This document shows, piece after piece, positions 1 through 8,649 of a stretch of 27,446 bases of DNA (its first letter is position 1; the number at the start of each line of letters is the position of its first letter). The notes beneath the pieces are model-generated. The model did not search any database, was not told the DNA's origin, and saw only the letters and a list, made by a program, of their open reading frames with translations. The DNA is taken from assembly GCF_963923915.1 (NCBI RefSeq), contig NZ_CAWUOL010000071.1, positions 1-27,446 on the forward strand, written 5' to 3'. Both the position numbers and the translations under genes were made by a program. Source of the stretch: Nodularia chucula CCY0103. GTDB lineage: Bacteria > Cyanobacteriota > Cyanobacteriia > Cyanobacteriales > Nostocaceae.

Positions 1-245
1 AGCAAATTCTTACACAGCAAGCTTTTTGCCCCTTCCTCTCCGTCGAACTCACGTTTAGTTAAAGTTTTAGGACTCAATCCCGTGCGATCGCTCAACTGTT
101 CTAAAGTATATAAATTACCTCCATTGTCACGCACTGCGGCTAAATACTCTGCGGCTTGTAATCTTTGCCAACCTTGAGAACTGATAACAACACCTCTCCT
201 GCGTTTCTGGACTGGAAATTCTGCGGATTGATCATGATTCGACAT
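1..245 (-). CDS. 5' fragment (81 codons, runs off the left edge) of a protein with an HTH-like N-terminal module, of the kind that heads large cyanobacterial signalling/STAND proteins
   Basis: Reverse-strand ATG at 245-243, open to position 1: MSNHDQSAEFPVQKRRRGVVISSQGWQRLQAAEYLAAVRDNGGNLYTLEQLSDRTGLSPKTLTKREFDGEEGAKSLLCKNL. It is absent from the ORF track because it has no stop in the window. The family call rests only on remembered similar N-termini. Confidence 0.4.
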   Translation of the reverse strand, partial: MSNHDQSAEFPVQKRRRGVVISSQGWQRLQAAEYLAAVRDNGGNLYTLEQLSDRTGLSPKTLTKREFDGEEGAKSLLCKNL

Positions 246-668
246 TGCCAAGGGTATAGTGTAAACCTGATCTCATTGAATATCATTTGTTACCTGATTT
301 TACAATTTTTTCCTTTTTCCAAATAAATTTCTATTTTAGAGACTTAAGTTGCGGGCTTAAAATTCTATCAGTGCTAGTAAGTTATGGTTTTTAGTGTCAA
401 AATTTAGATAGGGAATGATCAGTACATATAAAAGTAATTAGTTATACTTATATTAAGGAATGTAAAAATATGGTTTTTGCAGTTAGTATTATGATTTTAT
501 TTCTGTCAATCCCCGTGATGGAGATTTGCGGATAGCAACACTTCTGACATTTACCTATTGAAAATTGAAAAATAATATAACCTATGGCTGATTGACAGTT
601 TTCAATTTACGCTCTAAAAAGAGAAATTTAAAGTTTTAATTCATTCTAAATATCAAAAAATTTTCATT

Positions 669-3600
669 ATGGAATCAGGATCGGCATTCTTATTGCATAA
701 TTTTTTATCTTCCCAATATATACCTCATGGACATTGCTATCTGTGGCAAAAGCCTCTGGTAGCCTTACATTTGCTGAGTGATGCGTTGATTGCGATCGCC
801 TATTTCTCCATTCCCATCATGCTCATCTACTTTGTCAATAAGCGCAGCGATATTCCCTTTTCCAAAGTATTTCTCTTATTTGGCGCGTTTATTATCCTCT
901 GTGGTACAGGACACTTGATGGATATATGGACTCTCTGGCATCCAGATTACTGGTTATCAGGCATCATCAGAGCGCTCACAGCCTTAGTTTCTTGTTATAC
1001 GGCATTGCAACTGGTGGAACTACTACCACAATTTTTAGCATTGCGATCGCCCGAACAATTAGAAGCCATCAACCAAGAACTCCAAATAGAAATAGAAAAA
1101 CGCAAAAGCACCGAAAAAACCCTAGAAATGATCGTTGCAGGTACAGCTTCTGTCACTGGGAATGATTTTTTCCCTGCCTTAGTAGAGAATTTGGCAATGG
1201 CATTAGATGTCACTTATGCCTTCGTTTTTCACACTCTTGATAATTCCTTACAAAAAGTTAAAAGTATTAATTTTTGGGCAGTAGATCATATAGGAGAAAA
1301 CTTTGAATATGAACTAATTAACACCCCCTGCCAAAAAGTGATTCAGCAGAAAATGCTTTGTGCATATAGTAGTGGATTGCAAGATGTTTTTCCTGACAAC
1401 TTATTATTAGAGCAGTTAGAGGCAGAGAGTTACATAGGTGTCCCCTTACTGGACTTAAACGAAAATGTTATTGGCAACCTGTGTATTGTCGATGTTAAAC
1501 CCCTAGAAATCAGCGAACGTACCAAAACACTATTACAAGTTTTTGCAGCACGCGCTTCTGTAGAACTGCAACGGAAATGGGCAGAAGAAGAGAAAAAGCA
1601 GGCTTATGAACAACTAGAATTTCGAGTAGAAGAACGCACCGCAGAACTTGTGGAAGTTAATCACACCCTCGAAAGCGAAATTCAAGAAAGAATTGCCACA
1701 GAAGCCGCAATGAGGGTAATGGCAGAACGGGAAAAAGCCACCAGCCATATCATTCAGCAAATGCGTCAAAGTCTGAATCTGGAATCCATTTTCCAAGCAA
1801 CCACCGCCGAATTACGTCAAGCCGTAGAATGCGATCGCGTCTTAATTTATCGCTTTCAACCAGACTGGAGTGGAGAACTAGTTGCTGAATCTGTATCCAC
1901 ACCTTGGCGTTCTGTGATTCCAGCATCAGATCAAAATAGCAAAATCATAGAAGTAGCCGTAGATCACAACAACTGTTCAATTTTTGAACTAGCCGACTCC
2001 AACGGCATAATCCGTGAGACTTACTTCCAGGAAAACGACGGCAAAATCAGTAAAGAACAATCCACCTATTACTGTGTTAATGACATTTACACCGCAGAAT
2101 TTGATAACTGTTATCTCCAACTATTAGAACAATTACAAGCACGCGCTTATATCATCGCTCCTATTTTCTGTGGTCATCAACTTTGGGGCTTATTGGCAGT
2201 TTATCAAAATGGCACACCACGACAATGGCAAAATCCAGAAATTCAGATTGTTACCCAAATTAGTAATCAACTGGGAGTAGCAGTACAACAGGCGGAATTA
2301 TTTTTCCAAACCCAAGAACAAGCCGCAGAACTCAAAATTGCTAAAGAAGCAGCTGATGCCGCCAGCCTCGCCAAAAGTGAGTTTCTAGCCAATATGAGCC
2401 ACGAATTACGCACTCCACTCAACGCCATTTTAGGTTTTACCCAATTGATGCAACGAGATCAAACCTTGACTCCAGAACATCAGAGATACACAGAAATCAT
2501 TAACCAAAGTGGCGAACATCTGTTAGGGCTAATTAATGATGTTTTGGAAATGTCCAAAATCGAAGCCGGCAGAATGATTTTATGTGAATCAGAATTTGAT
2601 TTGCATGACTTACTGCATAATTTGTTAGCCATGCTGCAATTGAAAGCTATTTCCAAAGGCTTACAACTAACATTTGATTTTGAGCCAACCATACCCCAAT
2701 ACATTAAAACTGATGAACACAAGCTGCGTCAAATCCTAATTAATTTATTGGGTAATGCCATCAAGTTTACTAAAAAAGGACAGGTAACTCTCAGAGCTAA
2801 GTACCAGCAATTACCTGGAAACTCTCAATCAGGATTACCCAAAATACACCATCTATTTTTTGAAATTGAGGATTCTGGAGATGGGATTGCCTCAGAAGAA
2901 ATTGGTCATCTATTTCAAGCATTTCAGCAAACACGCTCAGGACAGCAATCCAAAGAAGGAACAGGTTTAGGATTAAGAATTAGTCAAAAATTTGTGCAAT
3001 TAATGGGTGGTGAAATAACTGTAGAAAGTCAACTAGGTAAAGGCACTTGTTTTAAGTTTAATATTCAAATTGATGTCCCGAAAATTTTACCCATTGACAA
3101 ATTATCCTCTCCCAATTTGGAGAACATTAGTATTGCCACTGGACAAAGTAATTATCGCATTTTAATCGCTGAAGATAATCCTGCCAATCGATTATTAATG
3201 AATAATATCTTGAGCCGTTTTGGTTTTGCTGTGCAGGAAGCAGAAAATGGACAAGAGGCGATCGCACAATGGCAAGAATGGCAACCTCATCTGATCTTCA
3301 TGGATATGCGGATGCCGATTATTAATGGTTATCAAGCAGCGCGGCAAATTCGTGACTTGTCCGCACAATTAAACCATCACAACGGAGAAATTTCCACACC
3401 GACAAAAATTATTGCTCTCACAGCCAGCGCTTTTACCGAACAAAAGCAAGAATGTTTAGATGCAGGTTGCGATGATTTTGTCAGCAAACCATTTCGTTGG
3501 GAAGAAATTTTAGAAACCCTAGCCCAGCATCTAAAATTAGAATACATATATGAAAATACAACCATAACTGAGACTTTCCCTACAGCTAATTACATCCTTG

Positions 3601-3815
3601 ACAGCGCATCTCTAGCCATTATGCCAGCTAGTTGGATTACCGAATTACACCTAGCCGCAGCCCAAGGAAACGATAGCACTAGTCTGGAATTAGTGGCTCA
3701 AATTCCTGCTGAAAACACAGGTTTAATCGCCGCTTTAACTCAATTAATTGAAACATATCAATTTGATCAGATCATAGAACTTACACAAGTCGTAAATTTG
3801 TCAGAAAAGTTATGA
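669..3815 (+). CDS. Hybrid sensor histidine kinase with an N-terminal ETR1-type ethylene-binding domain (EBD-GAF-GAF-HisKA-HATPase-REC)
   Basis: 1048-aa ORF. aa 35-120 ([53 protein letters not shown]...[18 protein letters not shown]) aligns almost residue for residue with the three-helix ethylene-binding domain of Arabidopsis ETR1 as I recall it ([24 protein letters not shown]...[20 protein letters not shown]...LTAVVSCATALMLVHIIP). The Cu(I) ligands are present: Cys78 (nt 900-902) and His82 (nt 912-914), equivalent to ETR1 C65/H69. D38, Y45, I48 and P49 match D25, Y32, I35 and P36. Downstream domains: GAF (aa ~160-300), coiled coil, phytochrome-like GAF (aa ~366-545), H-box SHELRTPLN (His578, nt 2400-2402), HATPase boxes [12 protein letters not shown] / DSGDGI / GTGLGL, REC (Asp879, nt 3303-3305), and a ~110-aa tail of unknown function. 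Confidence 0.9.
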   Translation: [1048 protein letters not shown]

Positions 3816-5140
3816 AAACCTATATAAAAGAGGAAATAGTTGTCGCTGACATTCTCATTGTTGATGATAAATTGGAAAACATTCGGTTTTTATCCGATTT
3901 TTTATCTCAACATAACTATCAAGTCCGCAAAGCTATTCATGGCAAAGCAGCATTAACATCTGTGAAAACCTTGCCACCGGACTTAATACTTTTAGATATT
4001 AATATGCCCATTATGAGCGGGTATGAAGTTTGTCAACACCTCAAAAATGATCCGGAAACTGCGGAAATTCCTGTGATTTTTTTGAGCGCTGGAAATGAAG
4101 TTAATGACAAAGTTTTAGCCTTTGAAGCCGGCGGTATTGACTACATTACCAAACCATTTCATTTAGAAGAGATATTAGTCAGAGTAGAAACTCAATTAAA
4201 GGTACAGAAATTACAAAAAAAATTGCGCGATCGCAATCAAGAAATAGAACGGATGATGCTAGAACTACAAAAAACTGAAGCTACACTCGTTCAAAAAGAA
4301 AAGCTAGTTAGTGCTTGTCAAATTACCGCCGGAATTTCTCATGAGATTAACAACCCCCTGAGTTTTATTATGGGTAATCTCAAACCTGCATCTGAATATA
4401 GTGAAAACTTAATTACTCTGATTGAGCTTTATCAACAAGCCTTTCCAGATGCTACCCCAGAAATTCAAAACTTTGTCAAATATATTGAATTAGATTTTTT
4501 AATTACAGATTTCCGTCAAGTTATTCACTCCCTACATACCGGATCTGAGCGGATTCTTTCGGTGATCAATGCTATGCATATCTTTTCTCGCGTCGATGAA
4601 TCAGGTATCAAACCAATAGATATTCAAGAAAATATCGAAAGTTTGCTGACTATATTAGGTTATAAACTCCTTTCAAAGGATGGTTCATTTAAAATTTGTA
4701 TCATCAAAAACTATGAAAGTATTTCTAAATTTATTGGTCAAGCAAATCTCTTAAATCAAGCCTTACTAAATATCTTCCAAAATGCGATTCAGGCGGTAGA
4801 ATTAAAAATCAACTCAGTACCTAAAAATTCATTTAAACCCACAATCTGGCTGACAACATCCACAACAAACCAAGAGCAAATCAGAATTAGTATTAAAGAT
4901 AATGGTGCAGGAATTTCCCCAGAACACCAATCTCGAATATTTGAACCATTTTTCACCACTAAACCACTGGGTACAGGAATAGGACTAGGTTTATTTACCA
5001 GCTATCAAATCATCACCGAATTTCACCAAGGTAGTTTAACCTACCATTCTTGTCCTGAAGGAGGCTCAGAATTTGTAATTGAAATTCCGGTAAATCAATC
5101 ATATACAAAATCTTATTCCCATCCCTATCATCTTTCATAA
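3812..5140 (+). CDS. Response regulator receiver-histidine kinase fusion (REC, coiled coil, H-box, HATPase_c)
   Basis: 442-aa ORF whose ATG overlaps the upstream stop (ATGA at 3812-3815). It has an N-terminal REC (ILIVDD...DLILLDINMPIMSGY...ITKPF), H-box GISHEINNPL, and ATPase boxes LLNIFQNAIQA, DNGAGI and GTGIGLGL. Confidence 0.9.
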   Translation: MKTYIKEEIVVADILIVDDKLENIRFLSDFLSQHNYQVRKAIHGKAALTSVKTLPPDLILLDINMPIMSGYEVCQHLKNDPETAEIPVIFLSAGNEVNDKVLAFEAGGIDYITKPFHLEEILVRVETQLKVQKLQKKLRDRNQEIERMMLELQKTEATLVQKEKLVSACQITAGISHEINNPLSFIMGNLKPASEYSENLITLIELYQQAFPDATPEIQNFVKYIELDFLITDFRQVIHSLHTGSERILSVINAMHIFSRVDESGIKPIDIQENIESLLTILGYKLLSKDGSFKICIIKNYESISKFIGQANLLNQALLNIFQNAIQAVELKINSVPKNSFKPTIWLTTSTTNQEQIRISIKDNGAGISPEHQSRIFEPFFTTKPLGTGIGLGLFTSYQIITEFHQGSLTYHSCPEGGSEFVIEIPVNQSYTKSYSHPYHLS

Positions 5141-5189
5141 TTCGCTTGTAGACAGGTTTTAGTCACAAAATTACCAAAAAACTGGGTTT

Positions 5190-5217
5190 AAAGCCCCGTT
5201 CTTCTAGGACGGCTTTT
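5190..5217 (+). terminator. Weak candidate intrinsic terminator after the REC-HK gene
   Basis: AAAGCCCCGT-tcttctagg-ACGGCTTTT: an interrupted 8-bp stem with a 2-nt bulge. The T-run is partly within the stem. It lies 50 nt after the stop at 5140. Confidence 0.3.
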
Positions 5218-5772
5218 AATTCATTAGTGTACCAGTATGCTGCTATACTAATTGTAGTGGAAAGGTAATCAACCACTTAAAAAACCTAGCCGTCGAAAGA
5301 CAAAGCACTGTTAGCGCTAGCTTGGCGTTAGCCATACCTTGATAATTAAACGGCAGTTGCTCTAATTGGGGAAACCCCAAGACCGCACTGCCTCATCTAT
5401 GCGGTTCTACTGCATTATTCTAGTTTCCTCCTAGCAGTAGGTAAAAGATTTATAGGGACTAGACGAATCAGCATTTTGAAACAAATTGTTTCAAACAAAA
5501 CAGGACTTGCACTAATGCAAATAGGGTAGGGCATACCCGAATTAACGCTTGGGGAGAATCCCACCTCTGGTCTAGATGACGCAAGGACTCTAGGTTAAGT
5601 GGTTTCGTTGAGCCAAGAATCCCTGGCGATTTATCGTGGGGAGTGTCAAACTGATAGATATGGCTTTGTTCCCTTAAAACCAAAATTATGATGTCCTAAC
5701 GTGTATGCGTAGTGCTATAAGTCATGCTACTAACTTACCAGTACAAACTCAATCCTAATAGAGATAATAAAA

Positions 5773-5841
5773 CCCAATCCCCAGTCCCCAGTCCCCAATC
5801 CCCAATCCCCAGTCCCCAATCCCCAATCCCCAGTCCCCAAA
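5773..5841 (+). repeat. STRR1 heptamer tandem array (CCCCAAT/CCCCAGT, about 10 units)
   Basis: Direct reading: CCCAAT, then CCCCAGT x2, CCCCAAT x2, CCCCAGT, CCCCAAT x2, CCCCAGT, CCCCAAA. It matches the STRR1 consensus CCCCA(A/G)T described for heterocystous cyanobacteria. Confidence 0.9.
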
Positions 5842-5844
5842 CTG

Positions 5845-5868
5845 AAAAACCCCCAGATTTAAGGGGGC
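5845..5868 (-). terminator. Intrinsic terminator of nadK (and probably of the whole ndh-nadK transcript)
   Basis: The minus strand reads AGCCCCC-TTAAATCT-GGGGGTTTTTCAGTTT, a GC-only 5-6 bp stem followed by a T5 run. It lies about 65 nt after the nadK stop. Confidence 0.6.
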
Positions 5869-5930
5869 TGAGATAACTTAATTTCCACAGACAACTTCTA
5901 GCAAAAGTGCTTTGTCTACACCTAAATAAA

Positions 5931-6851
5931 TCAATTACGGTGATTATTACTGTAGCGAACCCTTGTACCAGCCCAAAGTAACTTTTCTCGCAGTGTCTGA
6001 TAGTATGAATTGTTCTCTCGCAAAATAATAAACTTTGCCCGGCAATCAGCCATACGCACATCAACTCGATGTCCTGGCCAAATTGAAGTAGATAACACCC
6101 CATCCATCCACAGTTTTGTACTCAAATCATAGTCTCCCAAAGGCCAAATGCTTACCACTGAACCAGGTGGCAAAACCAGAGGGCGACTAGAAAGACTCAT
6201 AGGACAAATGGGAGTAATGGTAACTGCTTCCATCCCATCGTGCATAATGGGGCCACTAGCCGAGACAGTATAACCAGTAGAACCTGTAGGAGTGGAAATA
6301 ATTAAACCATCTCCCACATATTGATCCACTACTTCACCATCTATTTCCATTTCCAGAATAGAAGTAATCATGCGGTCAGCAGAAGCGGGTTTAACGCAAA
6401 ATTCGTTTAAAGCCAAGTAGCGATCTGTCACAGCTTCCAAATTAGTGCGATGACCTTCATAGACTGCCGCTTGTAACATCATCCGTCGCTGGATAGCATA
6501 GCGATCTTCAAATAGTCGATCCCAAACCTTCTCTGTATCTTCAAATTCATCTACTGACTCGGTTAAGAAGCCGAGATGACCGCCAACATTCACACCCAGA
6601 ATGGGTATACCAGCCGGGGCTAAATGTCTAGCACTGGTTAAAACAGTCCCATCACCGCCGAGTACCAAAGCCAAATCAATGGGTTGGGTTGCAGAAGCCA
6701 AAAATACCGGGTATGGGTTATCTTTTGGCCCACTGGGACCCATTAAAACTTGACAATGGCGGTTTTCTAGTTGTTTAGCACAGAGTTCTGCCCAGCGTTT
6801 ACTCTGGGAATCTCGTGCTTTATAAGCAATGATTACCTGCTTGAGTTGCAC
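5931..6851 (-). CDS. nadK: NAD(+) kinase
   Basis: 306-aa ORF with the NAD-kinase signatures LVLGGDGTVL and STPTGSTGYTVSASGPI. Confidence 0.9.
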   Translation of the reverse strand: MQLKQVIIAYKARDSQSKRWAELCAKQLENRHCQVLMGPSGPKDNPYPVFLASATQPIDLALVLGGDGTVLTSARHLAPAGIPILGVNVGGHLGFLTESVDEFEDTEKVWDRLFEDRYAIQRRMMLQAAVYEGHRTNLEAVTDRYLALNEFCVKPASADRMITSILEMEIDGEVVDQYVGDGLIISTPTGSTGYTVSASGPIMHDGMEAVTITPICPMSLSSRPLVLPPGSVVSIWPLGDYDLSTKLWMDGVLSTSIWPGHRVDVRMADCRAKFIILRENNSYYQTLREKLLWAGTRVRYSNNHRN

Positions 6852-6857
6852 GAAAAA

Positions 6858-7163
6858 TTACCACTTCAGGAGATTAAACTGCTCCATATCAACGGTGTCG
6901 CGGTTGCGATAAATAGCCAGCACAATTGCTAAACCCACCGCCGCTTCAGCAGCTGCCACGGTAATCACAAATACGGTGAATACCTGACCCTTAATTAAAG
7001 TTGAATCCAGAAAGTTGGAAAATGCCATTAAATTCAGATTAACTGCATTCAGCAGTAATTCAATGGACATCAATACGCGTACAGCATTACGACTAGTAAT
7101 TAAGCCATAAATGCCAATACAGAACAAAGCTGCTGCTAGTAATAAAAAGTATTGGAGTTGCAT
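6858..7163 (-). CDS. ndhE: NAD(P)H-quinone oxidoreductase (NDH-1) subunit 4L
   Basis: 101 aa from the Met at 7163 ([44 protein letters not shown]...). It is a three-TM NuoK/ND4L-type protein. The 115-aa start in the ORF track (7205) adds a non-conserved leader and is less likely. Confidence 0.9.
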   Translation of the reverse strand: MQLQYFLLLAAALFCIGIYGLITSRNAVRVLMSIELLLNAVNLNLMAFSNFLDSTLIKGQVFTVFVITVAAAEAAVGLAIVLAIYRNRDTVDMEQFNLLKW

Positions 7164-7250
7164 AGATTCTGATTTTCCTTGTGATAGCTTGGGTGGCATA
7201 GCCATAAAAAAATATGGCTTTTTACCTGGGAAAATAAGTTTTCCCCAACG

Positions 7251-7865
7251 TTACTCTTTTGTTTCGCTACCCGCCGATACCAAGTCTCTGGGGCGTTCTG
7301 GTAAAGTCAAAACTGTTTCTGGCAACTGTGAAGATGTTGGTTCTGTGGGTAAATATTCCCGGCGGGCTAAAATGATGGCTCCGACCATTGCTATCAACAA
7401 TAATACTGACGCTAGTTCAAAGGGTAGGAGAAAATCAGTAAAGAAATGCTCACCAATCACAACTATAGAACTTTCGGGAGCGATCGCACCAGGGGTTGAG
7501 GATGCCCAAGGAGTTCCTAATACCATGACGCTCAACAAGCCAAATAATCCCAAACTGACTAACCCGGTCAATATTTTCCGCAGTCCAGCACTGGGAAATG
7601 GGGCGAAATCTTCACGCTTGTTCACCAACATAATGGCAAACAAAATCAAGACGTTAACTGCGCCAACATAAACTAAGACTTGTGCTGCTGCGACAAAATC
7701 ACCATTGAGCAATAGGTAAATTCCCGCCATGCTGATAAATACGCCTCCCAGCAGAAAGGCAGAATAGACGACGTTGGAGAACAGGACTACTCCTAAAGCT
7801 GCTCCAATCATCATCGCGCCCAGTATGGCTAAGGCTACAAACTGTACTCCTTCAGCTAGATTCAC
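7251..7865 (-). CDS. ndhG: NDH-1 subunit 6
   Basis: 204-aa polytopic NuoJ/ND6-like protein. It sits between ndhI and ndhE, as in the conserved cyanobacterial ndhA-I-G-E operon. Confidence 0.9.
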   Translation of the reverse strand: MNLAEGVQFVALAILGAMMIGAALGVVLFSNVVYSAFLLGGVFISMAGIYLLLNGDFVAAAQVLVYVGAVNVLILFAIMLVNKREDFAPFPSAGLRKILTGLVSLGLFGLLSVMVLGTPWASSTPGAIAPESSIVVIGEHFFTDFLLPFELASVLLLIAMVGAIILARREYLPTEPTSSQLPETVLTLPERPRDLVSAGSETKE

Positions 7866-7977
7866 TTTTTTCGATCCTTTTTGATTTCTAATACATAGTT
7901 AAGTGTTACAGCAAAGCGGAGATCGCAAGAGGATTCAAAACATTTTATTTTTGAATTACGAATCCCGCCTAGCTGTA

Positions 7978-8568
7978 TTAGCCACTGGTCTGTTCTGTTT
8001 CTACTAAGTCTTCTGGACGAGAACCAGCACGAGGCGCATCAGCAGGTAGGTTGTGAGGTTCCATGACTCCTTTGGGTAAGTAAGCGAGTTCGCGCAGTGG
8101 TGTAACCATTGGGTCATTGGTGACTTTGTAAGGTAGACGACCTAGTGCTACGCTGTCATAGTTGAGTTCATGGCGATCATAAGTAGATAGCTCATATTCT
8201 TCTGTCATTGATAGACAGTTAGTTGGGCAATATTCTACACAGTTGCCGCAAAAGATACAAACTCCAAAGTCAATGCTGTAGTGTTTGAGTTTTTTCTTTT
8301 TGCTGGCTTTCTCAAATTCCCAATCGACGACGGGGAGATTGATGGGACAAACCCGAACACAGACTTCACAGGCGATACATTTATCAAATTCGTAGTGAAT
8401 CCTACCGCGAAACCGTTCGCCAGGAATTAGTTTTTCGTAAGGATATTGGACGGTGACAGGGCGACGCTGCATGTGGTCAAAGGTAACGGCTAATCCTTGG
8501 CCGATGTAACGTCCGGCTTGTACTGCTTCTTTGGCGTAATCACCGACTTGTTTGAGGAACTTTAGCAT
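7978..8568 (-). CDS. ndhI: NDH-1 subunit I (2x[4Fe-4S] ferredoxin-type)
   Basis: 196-aa ORF with two CxxCxxCxxxCP motifs: [12 protein letters not shown] and [12 protein letters not shown]. Confidence 0.95.
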   Translation of the reverse strand: MLKFLKQVGDYAKEAVQAGRYIGQGLAVTFDHMQRRPVTVQYPYEKLIPGERFRGRIHYEFDKCIACEVCVRVCPINLPVVDWEFEKASKKKKLKHYSIDFGVCIFCGNCVEYCPTNCLSMTEEYELSTYDRHELNYDSVALGRLPYKVTNDPMVTPLRELAYLPKGVMEPHNLPADAPRAGSRPEDLVETEQTSG

Positions 8569-8649
8569 TTTCGTGTCTCTCTCTTTTCAATTGAGGGTTG
8601 CGGATTTTAGATTTCAGATTCAATCTAAAACCTAAAATCTCAAATTGGT

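Noticed and set aside
470-535. 21-codon hydrophobic small ORF (MVFAVSIMILFLSIPVMEICG) with AAGGA 10 nt upstream. A similar 22-codon ORF lies at 13818-13886.
   Set aside because: Such short hydrophobic frames arise readily in AT-rich intergenic DNA. No conservation or expression evidence is available from sequence alone.
562-608. 10-bp inverted repeat AAATTGAAAA ... TTTTCAATTT upstream of the ethylene-receptor-like kinase, considered as an operator.
   Set aside because: It is pure A/T low-complexity sequence with a 27-nt spacer, and chance occurrence is likely. Nothing supports it beyond position.
5220-5740. Possible tmRNA (ssrA), RNase P RNA or 6S RNA in the ORF-free structured spacer.
   Set aside because: Neither strand has the tmRNA ends (GGGG...acceptor, ...TCCACCA), a cyanobacterial tag frame (ANNIV...AA), or the RNase P core GAGGAAAGTCCGG / ACAGAAACATACCGCC. 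A short frame ending in ...ALAIP** is not a credible tag.
5735-6103. 122-aa ORF (-) with GLGIGDWGLGIGDWGLGTGDW. The similar 96-aa ORF at 14734-15024 carries SPVPSPQSPVPSPQ.
   Set aside because: Both are read-through translations of the STRR1 heptamer arrays. The first also overlaps the 3' end of nadK. They are artefacts of repeat periodicity, not genes.
7111-7671. 186-aa ORF on the + strand.
   Set aside because: It lies entirely antisense to ndhE/ndhG, has a low-complexity, Ser/Lys/Asn-rich composition, and has no motifs. The opposite-strand genes are unambiguous.
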